64,000 bases of DNA, from the NCBI GenBank assembly GCA_951406725.2, contig OX597818.1, positions 19,158,001 to 19,222,000 of the forward strand. Reading direction: 5' to 3'. Shown in pieces: positions 62,130 through 64,000 of the stretch. Both the position numbers and the translations under genes were made by a program. The notes below the pieces were generated by a model. That model saw nothing but the letters and a program-made list of their open reading frames with translations. It had not been told where the DNA came from and ran no database searches. Every line of letters begins with the position of its first letter. Positions within the stretch are counted from its first letter, which is position 1. This DNA is from Octopus vulgaris. Its lineage: Eukaryota.

Positions 62130-64000
62130 TTCGTGTATTTAAGACAGTTTACACCATATTGTAATTTATTAGTTACTGTTTTACAAAATCAAACTAGAAA
62201 ACTGGACAAAACAGAGAACACAATTGAAAAAATTAAAAAGAAAAAAAGAGAAGAGAAAAAGGAAAAAACAATTCACCACTTTGGGTTGAAAAGCTGGGAG
62301 AGCTGGGAAACCCATCTAATGGCTATTGGGACACGCCAGCACGCTTGCAGCGTTGCCGCGGGTGATGGCGAGCCTGATGCCCTGGAACAACCAAGCGCCC
62401 TCATGATTCTCACCAATTGCCTCTGTGAGTCGAGTTGCAAGTGAAGACAGGAATCTCGCTGTTACCTTAAAGTTTGTTTCTTATCTTATTTACACGAGTT
62501 AACATGCAACACATGTTACATAATGGTATACAAGATACCTTAGTAAACCAAGAGAGACTTTATAACCATTTAGCTAAATATTTTTCCCAATATCATAAGG
62601 CGAACAAAATTGCTGTGTACCATGCATATATGCTGATGTCACTCATTTAATCATGTCTTACAATTGGGAAAGCATTGCTTGTCATCACTACTGAGAGAGG
62701 AAACAAATAAAGAAATGAGTAGGTGTCCGGCCCTACCAAACGTCTCGAATGCCACAAGATGGAAAATGTAGTTGGCTGACAGATCGCGGAATTCCAGGAT
62801 TTTGTTCCGCTTGACCGCAGAAGCTGTGGATCTAGCCCTGACCGCAACATCCAGTATGTGAGATAAAGCAAAGGAGTCGCTAACTGGGACATTCCAGATA
62901 AGGCATCTGCCTTGCGACCAGGGGCACATGGTGAGGTTATCAGGTCTCTCCCTATCACATCTGGACAATCCAGAGGGTTCCAAGATGGAGGGGATGTTTT
63001 CCCAGGCCAAGCTCCTCTTGAGTATCAGATTCGACTCCATATCACACACGAAGCGACCAGGCGGCAAGAAAGGCCAGGGAGACCTGTGGAGTCGAGGAGT
63101 CTGCCACAACGACAGATCAAAACCGTGCATACGTTAGCTCCCACTCTGAGGGCAATGGAGACACGAAGTTCGTCCAAGCTGAGTAGGCCACCAACATTAG
63201 CCACAGGGATGGCATCAATCCAGTTACCTGAGTATTTGTCACTAGCAGACAGTAAGCGGTACTTTGATAACTGGTCCGACTGGATGAAGAGGGAGTCGAA
63301 GGTGGCCTTCGAAATTATGTTGTCCCAAGCACTCTGACTCCGACAGTCCTCCACCTTCTCAGGAGCAGCCAAGCCCAGTTCGCTCCAGTGTTGGAGAGCT
63401 TCAGTCAACTCCCTATTGGAACTGGTCCATGTTGGAGAGGAGAGGATGTTGCTCACCAGGGTGAAGCAGGCGTGGGTGGAGGAAAGAAAGAGGGGAGATA
63501 GAGGGGTGAACACTTACGAAGACCAAGACCTCCAAATTGCTTGGGCAATGTAGCCTGATCGCGGCACGTTGGAGAGAGTCTGACATTGACTAAATATTCA
63601 AGTTTCTCAAAAATTAGGTTATCAAATAGTTGGAGGCACGATGGGAATCGGTAAGATGAGCTAACTGAGTAAATATAGAGGCTTAGGGATCAAGAGGTAA
63701 TTCCTATGATAAAACCTTGATGGGGTTCGATAGCTTCAATATTTTTCAGCAATTGCTCAAGGGTAGCTACCTTAGACTGGAAGATAGACTCAAAGGCAAG
63801 GTCAGTGATTAGGGCATCAAGAGAGCACCAAGCCGATGGGGGAGGGACTACAATAGAAGGGAAGGTCTCTGCAAAAAGGTCAATAGTTGGGTGATGTTTA
63901 GAAGTCGGGTGGCTGAGGATCCAGAGCTCACATTTGAAGCTGTTTACTTGGAGACCCCGGCGACCAAGCTCCCCAACCATCATGTTTGCAATGGCGAGAA
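62130..64000 (-). mobile_element. CRE-like non-LTR retrotransposon with restriction-like endonuclease (runs off the window)
   Basis: RT end GLQVNSFKCE; CRCG..LD..G...LSC knuckle; RPD...PWSQGRCLIW.V..SD; ETFG; C-terminal LAITRGNAASVL at ~62330-62380. Confidence 0.8.

Overview
This is AT-rich, microsatellite- and transposon-dense eukaryotic DNA. The SINE families look like those of Octopus/coleoid cephalopods (inferred from memory, not from a search). Three protein-coding genes are supported. (1) A 183-aa four-TM membrane protein with an uninterrupted CDS on the - strand (11820-12371). (2) Mitochondrial release factor MTRF1L/mtRF1a on the + strand: 7 coding exons, 21042-36100, 457 aa, with PKT and GGQ motifs. 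(3) An uncharacterised type-I membrane protein on the - strand: 9 phase-compatible exons, 58701-41653, with two internally duplicated 12-Cys domains and PPxY motifs in the tail; its first coding exon is unresolved. Most of the remaining sequence is mobile DNA: mariner/Tc1, MITEs, a Helitron, RTE, Tx1/L1, CRE-like and Penelope-like retroelements, and tRNA-derived SINEs. The most notable hidden layer is eight minimal type-I hammerhead-ribozyme motifs. One sits at the 3' end of a Penelope-like element. The rest are in short non-coding elements, including palindromic cassettes carrying inverted hammerhead pairs. Most short ORFs in the supplied track are microsatellite or TE artefacts.
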